20,000 bases of DNA, from IMG/VR virus record IMGVR_UViG_3300022661_000087. One strand, 5' to 3'. A program made the translations under genes and the position numbers. Source of the DNA: an uncultured virus (IMG/VR IMGVR_UViG_3300022661_000087). Taxonomy: Duplodnaviria; Heunggongvirae; Uroviricota; Caudoviricetes. The notes beneath the pieces were generated by a model. It ran no database searches. It was given only the letters and a program-made list of their open reading frames with translations, and was not told the origin of the DNA. Shown piece after piece: positions 1 through 10,491 of the stretch (positions are counted from its first letter, which is position 1; the number at the start of each line of letters is the position of its first letter).

Positions 1-1
1 A

Positions 2-2473
2 TCTCCTTATTTCTATATTATTAGCGAATAGGGTAAACGTATTTTAAATATTGGTGATGGCACTGGATTTGACTTTGAAGATTATCCATATTTACAATAT
101 TCAATTGAAAAGTTCCAGCGAGATAAAGATGGAACAATTCTTTTAGTTAATTTAACTGATGAAACTGGTTCAACTATTAAAATTGAAGATATAGATGAGG
201 CTAAAGAATTATTAAATTCTGAATGTTCAATTTTAAGAAGTGATGCTTATAATCGTTTTTAGATAAAAAAGAGCATTACTCAAAAAGATTATGATAATAT
301 TTGTTTAGATATTGAGGATTATCGTACTAAGAAATTAGCATATTTAAATACTTGGACAGAAGAAAATGCTGAAACTTTTATTGATAAGACTTATGAAGTT
401 GAATATATTCAAAAAACTGGTTTTATTGGTACTGGTACACAAAAAACGAATTGGCTTGAACCTTATGGAAGAAACCTTTCTAAAGGTTATTATTTAAAAT
501 CTAATGATTTTACTTATACTGCTTTTAGTAAAGAGGATGGTATTGCAAGCGGTCAAGGTTCAGGCTTTTTACTTGATTTAACAAATGGACACATTAATGC
601 AGCAAATTTAAGCATTGCTTCAAAAAATGTATTTATTGATTCTGGTAAAAATGCTGACCCATTTTTTATTATTAAAGATAATGATGGATGTAATTTAATT
701 TATGCTGGACAATAGGATTTTTATATTCAATCTCATACATATTCAAGATATGCTCTTGGAGATAGGCTAACTGATGATAATGGTAAACAATATTATTATC
801 CAGGTATGAAAATTGATACTGATGGAAATAATTTTTTATTTGATATTAGAGGTAATTATCAATCAATAGTAAATATTAATAAGGATGAATTTTTCCTGCA
901 AACTGATAATTATAAAATTCGAGAATATATTACTATAACAAAGTGTTATAATCAAGATTATAGTATGAGTTTTGATATACAGGTCGGTAAAGCTGAAAAA
1001 GGACATATTATTTATACTGCACCAAATTTTAATAAAAAAAGTGAAAATGTTACGACTGAAGAACATACTTCTATTACTTTATATGAAAGTAAAAAAATTG
1101 ATGGAATAATGTGGTATAAAATTAACACTGAGCAATGGATACCAGCATTATCTTTTGAATCGATTGAGGTAAATGATGAAGGTATTGGTACTGGTATAAC
1201 TTATTTAAACCAAATTATTTATAGCGATTCTGATTATAATTCTATTAAAGTTGGTTTTACCAAAGATTCTCATGTTGCAGGTGTTAATATTTAGGCAACT
1301 AGAGCAGTTGATGGAGTAGAGTGGTATGCTATTGAAGTACTTGAAGTTGAACATTGGCTACCTGATTATTCTATTAAAACTGGTTCTTATGGTTCTGGTA
1401 TTAGATTGGATTTGTAGGGTGGCTATATTGATGCTTATGATTTTATTATTCGAGGTGAATCTAGCACAGACCCCACTGCAGGTTCTTATTTATTATTAGA
1501 TAGTTAGACTCCGCAATTTGTAGTTCATTTAACTACTCCAGACAGTGATGGTATAATTGATTTAGATTTAATTAAAATTTCTCCAGATGAATTTTATTTA
1601 CATTCTGCAAATTGGTTAGAAACTACTACTCAAGTCACCACTTAGCGGACAGCTAAGATGGACGGCGGCTGGAATATTAGAAGCGGTCCTGGTATGGATT
1701 ATTCTATTATCGGTTATTCTTCAAGTGGAAAAAGAGTGGTTGTATATGAAAAGCAGGGAGATTGGTACTGTATCGGAGAAGACTAGTGGATTTGGTATGA
1801 AGGTTTAACTGATTTTCAAGAAGGTGGAACCGCAAATAAAACTTATGGCACTGGCATGGAAATTGATTTAAATGATGGTCGTATTACTGCATACAATGCC
1901 AATAATGCGGGTAAAGAATTATTAATTAATTCATTACATGATACATATCCAATTTAGCTAGGAGAAATTGGAGATTATAATTTCCAAATTGGTTGGGATG
2001 GTAGTTTAAAGGGCGGTAGTATTTATGGTTGGAGTATTGATGCAAGTGGTACTGCTACGTTTAATCGTTTGAATGCTAATGGTGGTGTTTTAAGTTGGAT
2101 GTCTATCGGCAGTGCTAATATTTATGATGTTGATATTACTTCTGGCACAATTGCAGGTATGGACTTCACTACTGGAGGCATTACTGCAGGAGATTGGAAT
2201 TTTAGTTCTAATGGATTAAGTCATAATGGAAAAGCAATGGAAAAGAAAACTTATGATTCAGTGCGCTATATGTCTTTATGGACAAAAAAAATACCAGTAA
2301 GTGTTAGCGGTAGTTGCTCAATCGAAATTGATGGAGCTACTTATTATGGCTCATGCTCTGCTAGTGGAAATACTACTGAAGATGTAGGTTATAGAATTGG
2401 TTATGTAAAAATGATTTATAATGGATATGGAGAAGAAGGTCAAGAGTCTGCAGTTGTATTTACACCAGCATAA
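2..2473 (+). CDS. 5'-truncated large tail/spike-type structural protein (>823 aa, code 15) with beta-rich repeat modules and three SH3b-like inserts
   Basis: Frame 2 is open from position 2 to TAA at 2471-2473 except for nine TAGs (29, 260, 713, 1292, 1415, 1505, 1643, 1784, 1955). This joins track ORFs 806..1294 and 2069..2473. It contains a recurring module (YL.S..Y ... G.G..IDL..G.I.A) and the SH3b-like segment WNIRSGPGMDYSIIG...VYEKQGDWYCIGED*WI. The product call is inferred from context. Confidence 0.8.
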
Positions 2474-2482
2474 GGAGGATTT

Positions 2483-2851
2483 ATGACAAATTTAGAAATT
2501 TTAAATTTTAATGAATTATATAAACAAAATTTTCAAGAATTTGATGAATTATTACCAGCAAAAATTTTGTTTTATATTTATAAAAATTTATCATTAATTG
2601 AAATATCATTACATCATATTGAAAATACTAGAAATAGTATTATTCGTAAATATGGTTTAATTGATGAATCAAAAGATACTATTCAAATTCCTCCAGAATT
2701 AGTAAATGAAGCTAATAAGGAATTAGAAGAAGTTTTAAAAATGGAATAGGAAATTAATTTTTTTTTAATTCCTCTTTCATGGTTTGATAATATCAATCTT
2801 AATCCAAAGCATATGAAATTATTATGGATTATGATTGATGAAAATAAATAA
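2483..2851 (+). CDS. small phage protein (122 aa, code 15), paralogue of the next gene; resembles DUF1617-type tail-region proteins
   Basis: AAGGAGG at 2472-2478, ATG at 2483, one TAG at 2747, TAA at 2849-2851. The read-through C-terminus (EINFFLIPLSWFDNINLNPKHMKLLWIMIDENK) aligns with the C-terminus of 2866..3234. The family assignment is from memory and tentative. Confidence 0.8.
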
Positions 2852-2865
2852 AGGAGAAAAAGGTT

Positions 2866-3234
2866 ATGACTATGACAAACTTTGAAATTTACAATATCGC
2901 TAAAGCTATGAGTGACGCCTTCCAGGATGGCACTCAGTATCTACCCGTTAAAGTAAATTTTTTCATTCAGAAGAATAAAGCTACTTTAATGTCTTTAGCA
3001 CAAGATATTGATAATTCTCGTATTGAGATTGTTAAGAATTATGGTACTATGGATGAAGAATCCAATCAGTTTATTGTACCAGAAGATAAGATTGAAGCTG
3101 CTAACGCAGAGTTGATGGACCTGTTTAATATTGAGCAGGAAGTTGATATTCGTAAGGTAAGCATTGATTCTTTCCCCGAAGATATTAATCTAACCACTGC
3201 TCAAATGGAAGCTTTAATGTTTATGATTGACTAA
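2866..3234 (+). CDS. small phage protein (122 aa), paralogue of the preceding gene; DUF1617-like, possibly a tail/fibre assembly chaperone
   Basis: AAGGAG at 2851-2856, ATG to TAA, no TAG. End-to-end similarity to 2483..2851 (MTNxEI...LPxK..F.I.KN...I.N.R..I...YG..DE...P......AN.EL......EQE...INL....M..L..MID). Confidence 0.85.
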   Translation: MTMTNFEIYNIAKAMSDAFQDGTQYLPVKVNFFIQKNKATLMSLAQDIDNSRIEIVKNYGTMDEESNQFIVPEDKIEAANAELMDLFNIEQEVDIRKVSIDSFPEDINLTTAQMEALMFMID

Positions 3235-3240
3235 TAAATA

Positions 3241-3276
3241 TTAGGCCAGGTAAATTCTTACCTGGCCTAACTTATT
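3241..3276 (+). terminator. probable intrinsic terminator or RNA stem-loop
   Basis: Perfect 13-bp inverted repeat TTAGGCCAGGTAA (3241-3253), loop ATTC, TTACCTGGCCTAA (3258-3270), just after the stop at 3234. The U-tract (CTTATT) is weak. Confidence 0.7.
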
Positions 3277-3298
3277 GCAGAGAGAAAGGAGATTAATG

Positions 3299-6259
3299 AT
3301 GTCAACTACTAAGTTATACCCTCCTTATGTGGATGCCGCAGTTCCTGCGCAGTTGGTTCCCGATGAAAGTACATCAGAAACAACTGTAACACTTACTATT
3401 CCATTTCAATTAAATAAGGCAGTAAGTTGGGTAGATTTAAAATCAAAAAATAATATCGCTTTGATTTTGAAAACGGTATCAACAGGAAAAGTTTTATTAG
3501 ATTGTTATAAAGGAAACGTTTTAACTCATTATGAACCTACTGGAACACCTGCCGCAGAATTTGAAATTCCTAAAACTACTTTTAATCCTGTTGCAGGATA
3601 GTTTTATAAAGCTCAAATCGCTTTCATAGATTCTGATGATACTATTGGATATTTTTCAGATGTGACTATTGTAAAATTTACTGCAATTCCTGTTATAGGT
3701 ATTGCCGATTTAGCAAGTGGAACAAATGCTGCTCAATATGTTTATACAGGTACATTTTCAACTACTGATGTTACTGAAAAAGTATACTCATATGAATTTA
3801 ATATTTATGATTGTGAAACTGGTATTTTGCATGACACAAGCGGAGTTATGATTCATAATAGTAGCACAGATGTTGAACGAGGAAAATCTTTTGACACTTG
3901 GACATCTTATAAAACTTTAATTAATGAGCGTCAATATTCTATATGTTATAAAATCACTACTATTAATGGTTTAGTGATGGAAACTCCAGCTTATGGAATA
4001 ATGGCAGTTGAAACTTTAGATTTAGTTTCTAGAAACACAGAATTTATTGCAACATTATATAGTGATGATGCTTATATTCATGTTCATATTATGCCAAAAG
4101 ATATTGATGCAAATATTAAAGCAATTACTGGTAATTTTATTTTAGTTAGAGCATCCAGTGAAGATGGATTTGGTAGCTGGAATGAAATTTATCGTTTCAC
4201 TTTGATTAATAACTATCCTTTAATGACACTGTGGAAAGATTTTACGGTGCAACAAGGATATTCATATAAATATGCTGTACAAGCCTATAATTCTAAAGGT
4301 GTTTATTCTAATCGATTAGAATGTAAATATTATGCTAGTGAATTTGATGAGCGCAATGATGACATTAACCGTTAGAATTGGAACGCAGAAGCAAAAGACC
4401 CTATTGAAAATACTAACTTAAATTGGAATTATTTACAAGAAATTGATGGGTCTCCAACTCAAAGCGGATTGCCAGTAGATTTTGAAGATGCTTTTCTTTA
4501 TGATGGAAAACGCCAATTGAGAATTAGATATAATCCAAAAATTAGTTCTTTTAAATCAACTGTGCTTGAAACTAAAATGGATACTATTGGAGGTAAATAT
4601 CCTTTTATTTTCCGTAACGGAAATGTTGAATATAAAGAATTCCCAATTTCTGGTTTAATTACAATGATTAGCGATGAAAATGCTTTATTTATGGAGTATT
4701 CCAAAGAGAATCCAAAAGCTCGTCAGTACAGTACACATCCGCCATATGGTAATGATAATGCGGATTGGTGGGTCAGCCGAACTGGTATGACGGAGTATGA
4801 AGTTCGTAAGACCCAAGAAAAAGAGTTAAGTGGTTCTCCCACAGCATTAACCGCTAGCAACTTCCGCAAAGAGCGTGAATTTAAAATGGAAGTGTTGGAT
4901 TGGTTAACAAATGGACAACCAAAGCTATTCCGTTCTCCAAGTGAAGGTAATTTTATTGTTCGTTTAATGAATACATCATTAACTCCAAATGATTAGCTTG
5001 GACGATTATTACATACTTTCCAATGTACTGCATATGAAATTGCGGAATGTAATTATGAAAATTTGGAAAAATATAAATTTATTCATGCTCTCGATACTAG
5101 TTATTAGGAATTGAAATTTAAAATGCTTGATTGCAATAATACTTTTGCTGACATTCATAATAGACAAATTATTATTGAGGGTGGTGCTTATTACTTTGCA
5201 GTAATAGACCAATGGAGTTATTTGGCATTGAGAATTACTTATGTAAATGGTACATCACAAGTTATTGATGTTGGTAACTCTACTGGACAATATTTGTTTG
5301 ACAGAGAAGCATTAAAAAATAACCCAATTGTTTCAGTAACTTATCAAGAAGGTGCGCCAGATGTTGGTAGTAAAATTCTTTATGGATATTATGATACATC
5401 AGATATTGCTTTCTCTTTGATTGCAAGTGTTACAAGAGAAACAGTAGTAGACCAAATTATCGGTCATCCGCAAACTTCTTACCGTATAGATAGTTTTAAA
5501 ATTAATTATGTTCCAACTATTTTAAATGGCATTGGATATAGAGACTTGGCTACAGATTTACAAAAGGTTTATGGCGAAGATGAAATTCCTCGTTGTACTC
5601 TTGGTAAATTTTATTACTTAAAAGCTGAACCCAGAGAGATTACTTTCGTTTATAAAAAAGAAAATAAATATTATGAAACTTCAAAATGTGATTATGAGGT
5701 TCGTCAATGGGATGATACTTATATTTATAAAGTTTTCGAAGAAAGTGATGGCACTTGGGAACCTACGAATCAATATAGTGGACGTCCTTCAAATAATATC
5801 TTATTACCAGAGCCAAGTTATCTCATTAAATTAAATGCAAAACCCAATAATGGTATTGACCCTGCTCAAGAAGAGTTTGTGGATTTAAGTTTAAAGGGCG
5901 GTAGCGGAGGTAATGCTCCTATTACTACTGGACGATATGAACTTTATTTTGATTTGGATAAAGTAGAAAGTTTATATATTGGCTCAGGAGTTGTATGTGA
6001 AATTTGTTATAATTTAAATACAATTCATTATGAAGCTGAAGATAATATTCAATATAGTGAATTGGTTGATAGATATAATACTTGGCAAAATCAGCAACGT
6101 CAATATAAGAGTATGTTAAAAGCTGGATATAGTAGATTTAGTGCTGATGTCGAACGCGCTCGTATGAATATGGAACAAAGTTATCATTAGTATTTAAATC
6201 AGTTAGAATATATTCTAAATAAGTTGCAAATGGATGGTGAGACTTATTATGCTTTATGA
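3299..6259 (+). CDS. large baseplate/distal-tail-like structural protein (986 aa, code 15) with Ig/Fn3-like N-terminal region
   Basis: AAGGAG at 3286-3291, ATG at 3299 (alternative 3296). Track ORFs 3275, 3662, 4469 and 5111 are all in frame 2 and separated only by TAGs (3599, 4373, 4994, 5105, 6188). It ends at TGA 6257-6259, overlapping the next start. It has an Fn3-like motif (WKDFTVQQGYSYKYAVQAYN) and a central block LRIRYNPKISSFK...TIGGKYPFIFRNG...WLTNGQPKLFRSP that resembles distal-tail proteins (inference). Confidence 0.75.
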
Positions 6260-8891
6260 TAAAGAATTTTTGAAAGAATTAGACAAAACAAAAAATAAAA
6301 TTGTCTATGCAAAAGTTACTGCATTAACAGTAGAGGAGTCCCCCATTGAAAGCATTGAAGGTCGTGTAACCCAGGGCTCCATCAACTTAGATGGAGCTTC
6401 TGCGGTTCGTCGTTCTTGTTCTTTATCAATTGTAGCAGAGAATTTTGATTATTCAGATTATTTATGGGGAATGAATACAAAATTTAAGTTAGAAGTTGGT
6501 TTACAAAATGATATAAATGATAATTTTCCCAAGATTATTTGGTTTAACCAGGGAATTTATATCATAACATCTTTTAATACATCTAGAACTACCAATAACT
6601 TTACTATTACTATTCAAGGAAAAGATAAGATGTGTCTTTTGAATGGAGAAGTAAGTGGTACTATTGGAGTACAAACAGATTTTGGTACAATTGAAGAAGA
6701 AGATAATGAAGGAACTTGGACTATTAGACAAATTCCTATTCCTGAAATTATCCGTAATATGGTTCATGCATATGGCGGAGAGCCTTATCATAATATTATT
6801 ATTAAAGATTTGGATACTTTAGGCTTAGAGCTTTTAGAATATCGATATGAAAATATGCCTTTAGTTATGTATCGTAAAGCTGAAAGTAATACATATACAA
6901 ATATTGCTTTTTTAGATAGTGATATGTATTTATATGCTAATAAAAATGATGTCGGAAATGTAGATAGACGAGTATATTTAAAAGATATTCCCGATACACA
7001 TTTTGAACAATTAATTGATGGTATTCATACAAGTGACCCTATTGTATATTATGATGATGATAAAGTTGGTTATAAATTAACTAAGCTTCAATACGGAGAT
7101 ACCGCAGGTTATCGAACAACTGAATTAACATATGCTGGAGACTTGATTGCAAACGTAGGTGAATCAATTACTTCAGTTCTTGATAAAATTAAAAATATGC
7201 TTGTTGAATTTGAATATTTTTATGATGTTGATGGACGTTTTATATTCCAGAAGAAACAATCTTATACTCAGACTCTATGGTCTCCAAGTGGTGATGGAGA
7301 AGAGGGAATCACAGAAGGTTTGTTATGGAGTGATGCAGCCGCATATACTTTTAGTGGCAGCGAATTAATCACTGGTTTTAATAATAATCCTAATCTTTTG
7401 AATTTAAGAAATGATTTTTCAATTTGGGGTGAGCGCACAGGCATTAGCGGCGCGCAGATTCCCATTCATTTAAGATATGCCATTGATGAAAAACCAACTG
7501 CTTATACAACTATTTCTTTAACTGATTTTGATAAGAATGAAGTGGATGAATATAATTTAAAATATGGAACTAATTTAAATAATAATCCTACTTCAATTAC
7601 TTATTCTATTCACCCAAATATAAGTAGAGCTAAGAATTATGTTTATGTAACCGATTGGCGAGAAGTATTGTTCCAAATGGCAAAAGATTATTTTAGATAT
7701 AATACTTTAAGTGATTTTGAAATTCGTGTGCGCGAAGCTAATCCAACGCTCTATCCCTCTGGCCGCACAGGCTATGAACAATATTATACTGATATTCAAG
7801 TTTGCTGGCGTTAGCTATATAATCCTGAATTACGAAATAAAATTGCGGATTATACAGAAGAAGTTGCGGCATTAACGAATGAAGTGACTCAATTAGATAA
7901 AGAAATTAAAGATATTGAGAATAGAATTATTGAGTTGAATAATCAATTAAATACTGCTACAACTCAGAGTTCAATTGATAGTATTGTTTTATCAATTTTA
8001 TCAGAGCAACAATCTCGCACTGATAAAAAAGCATTAAAATCTCAAAAAGAATATCTTATCGAACAAAAATAGGAAAGCTTAGATTCTTATAATGAAGATA
8101 TTTTAAATTATTATCAAGCTCAAGAATTAATAGAATTAGATGTAAATTTATTTACTACTCAATTCCCCTTATCTGACAGTTAGATTACTATTGATATTTT
8201 AGATAGATTTAGAGTTCCAAAAAATTTAATTGATGAACTTTTAGATGAGAAAACCGGTGAACCAATTGCTATTAAAGTTAGTGATATCCTTTACTTTAAA
8301 GAAGATGATAGTTATTTTTCTGTTATTAATAGTTTTGATGATTATGTAATAATTGCATATTATGATAAATCTCGTCTACATTGGCATAAAAATGTTTTTG
8401 AGAATCCTGGCAATTTAAATTATTGGTTTGACTTTTTAGATACCGCAGGAGAGCTAAGCCAATATAGCGTACGAGCTATTGGAGCACGGACGAAAGCTAT
8501 TAATGAAAATACCGTAAAATCCATTTATTTTAGGGAAACTCCACCAGTTATTTTCGCACCAGATATTACTGATGACGAAAAAATGAGTGGTTATAAATAT
8601 ATTCAAATTCCAGAATTTGAAATGGATAAAATGTTTAGTATTAGTGCGCAAGGTAAATCCGCAAAAGAGCGCTTAGATGAACTTCTTTACAATCATGGTT
8701 ATTGTACAGAAAGTGCAACTATTACAACAATTCCAGTATATTATTTACAACCAAACACTCGTATTAAAGTATCTGATGAAAAAACTAAAATTGATGGAGA
8801 ATACATTGTAAGTAAACTTACAATTCCTTTAGCACATAACGGAACTATGTAGTTAACTACAACGAAAGCTGCATAGACACTATTCTTTTAA
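6249..8891 (+). CDS. baseplate hub / tail-associated protein (880 aa, code 15) with an inserted coiled coil
   Basis: ATG at 6249 after GGTGAG (alternative 6234). Track ORFs 6234, 7884 and 8583 share a frame and are joined through TAGs at 7812, 8070, 8181, 8850 and 8874. TAA at 8889-8891 is followed directly by the next RBS. Hub-like motifs: GSINLDGASAVRRSCSL, FEYFYDVDGRFIFQKK and C-terminal YYLQPNTRIKV...GEYIVSKLTIPL...M*LT. Heptad-rich segment at ~7830-8090. Confidence 0.78.
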
Positions 8892-8906
8892 GAGAGGAGA
8901 GGTTTG

Positions 8907-9242
8907 ATGAAAAAGATATATCAATATCGTTATTATGGTAATTCTGATAAGAATTATCCGAAAACTCTAAATGCAGTACAATTAACCAATGGTGAAATTT
9001 TTAATCAAACCAGTAAGGGTTCCATTACTCATTTGGGTTTACAAGCTTCTCCAGGGACTACATTTTTTTTGAATCGTTGTGATAATCCAATTCAAATTGG
9101 AAAAACTGGCATCTACGAGATAGATGTTACTGGTTATGGTTATATTACAAGCATTATGTTTAGTGATGATACACTAGCATTAGTAAATGAAGATAATGGA
9201 ATTATTATTGATATTATATATGAAGGAGGTACTATCGAATGA
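8907..9242 (+). CDS. small beta-rich hypothetical phage structural protein (111 aa)
   Basis: AGGAG at 8895-8899, ATG at 8907 (TTG at 8904 alternative), TGA at 9240-9242 overlapping the next ATG (ATGA). No TAG. Confidence 0.8.
   Translation: MKKIYQYRYYGNSDKNYPKTLNAVQLTNGEIFNQTSKGSITHLGLQASPGTTFFLNRCDNPIQIGKTGIYEIDVTGYGYITSIMFSDDTLALVNEDNGIIIDIIYEGGTIE
9223..9230 (+). promoter_or_regulatory. strong Shine-Dalgarno site (AAGGAGGT) for the translationally coupled gene at 9239
   Basis: Full anti-SD complement 8 nt before the ATG that overlaps the upstream TGA. Similar sites occur at 2472, 2851, 3286, 10477, 11972 and 15362. Confidence 0.8.
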
Positions 9243-10426
9243 GCAGCTTTTATGGTTAGATGCGATGGCAAGATTTTCAATAGTTCTTCTTAAATTTCAC
9301 TCTTGAGAATAAACATTTCTCAATTGATAATATTTTTAACACTTCCCCTCCATATGAAAATCAAATGACAATTGATTCGACTATGAAGGCATATATTCAA
9401 CCCAATGAAGATTTTGCCACATTTAGATTTAATGCAGCAAATCATTGGATTAAATTTGCGCCAATTGATTCTTAGGGGGATGAAAAAACAACTTATGTTG
9501 GTTTTTCAATTTTTCATAATAAACCAAGCTTGGAAAACACCTATACTCTCCCAATTTTTGAAATAACAGTTCCACCTCAAGGCGCAACAATTGAAACCCT
9601 TGAGAGTGGAGAATGCTTTAAGATTGCTTGTCCTGCCTTTGATTAGGCAGGACATTTCGTAGGTGAGGACCATATAGAGCCAACCTATTTTAAAATGCCA
9701 GAGCAATTGATTCAAATTAATCAATCTGGTAATGACTTAGTTCTAACAGCTGAAAAGAAATTCCATTTTGCGAACACAGATGGTTTAATTGAACTATTAT
9801 TAAATGACGCAAAAAATAAATTAACTTTTTAGCATAAAACAAACTTCAATGACAACGAAGAGCCTGACTTTACTCCATTTTTATACGAAGGTAGTAAAGA
9901 TGGTACTCAATATGAAGTTGAAATTGTATTGCAACCTGGTGATTTTATTTCAACTTATCATACGGTTTACGATAAAGCGGGTCATTTAACTACATTAGAA
10001 AAAATTTATTATCAATTACCAATTAGTGAAGTTGATTCTCGTATTGAAGTATTAGAAAATACTGTTGCTGAAATTCAAGGCGACCTTGAAAATATGGCAG
10101 GAGATATTGAGACTTTAACTGAAGATTTAGAAGATGCTATAAAAGATGTACAAAGAGCAAATGAAATGGTTGGTACTGATGCTGAGTTTGGTAGAGGAGA
10201 CCAAGCCGCAAAAGAAGATTCTTTTAATGCTTGGGTTAAGGCTTTTACAGGAACAACTCAAAATTATCAATCTTTATCAGGAGCTCTTTCTGCAGTACTT
10301 GAAAAATTATCTTCTAATAATACTGATTTAGATAATGAAATGCGTAACTTCTATTCTCGTATTATTGCTATTGAAGATTATTTAGATGGTAAGTTTACCG
10401 ATTATGAGCCTCCAAAGAGAAGCTAA
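9239..10426 (+). CDS. fibre-like structural protein (395 aa, code 15): two N-terminal repeat modules plus a C-terminal coiled coil
   Basis: AAGGAGGT at 9223-9230, ATGA-coupled start at 9239 (MSSFYG*...), TAGs at 9257, 9281, 9473, 9644 and 9830. It continues in frame into track ORF 9929..10426 and ends at TAA. Internal repeat: LESGECF...FD*AGHF...YFKMP vs LQPGDFI...YDKAGHL...YYQLP. Confidence 0.78.
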
Positions 10427-10491
10427 TATGCGTAATTTCTTTCTTTTAAGAAATTAAGATATAATATACTTTTAAGAAAGGAGAGAATATT

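Noticed and set aside
986..1807. Endolysin call based on the SH3b domains
   Set aside because: No amidase, CHAP, NlpC/P60 or glycosidase motif is visible in this part of the protein, and the SH3b units are inserts in a structural repeat scaffold. The missing N-terminus cannot be assessed.
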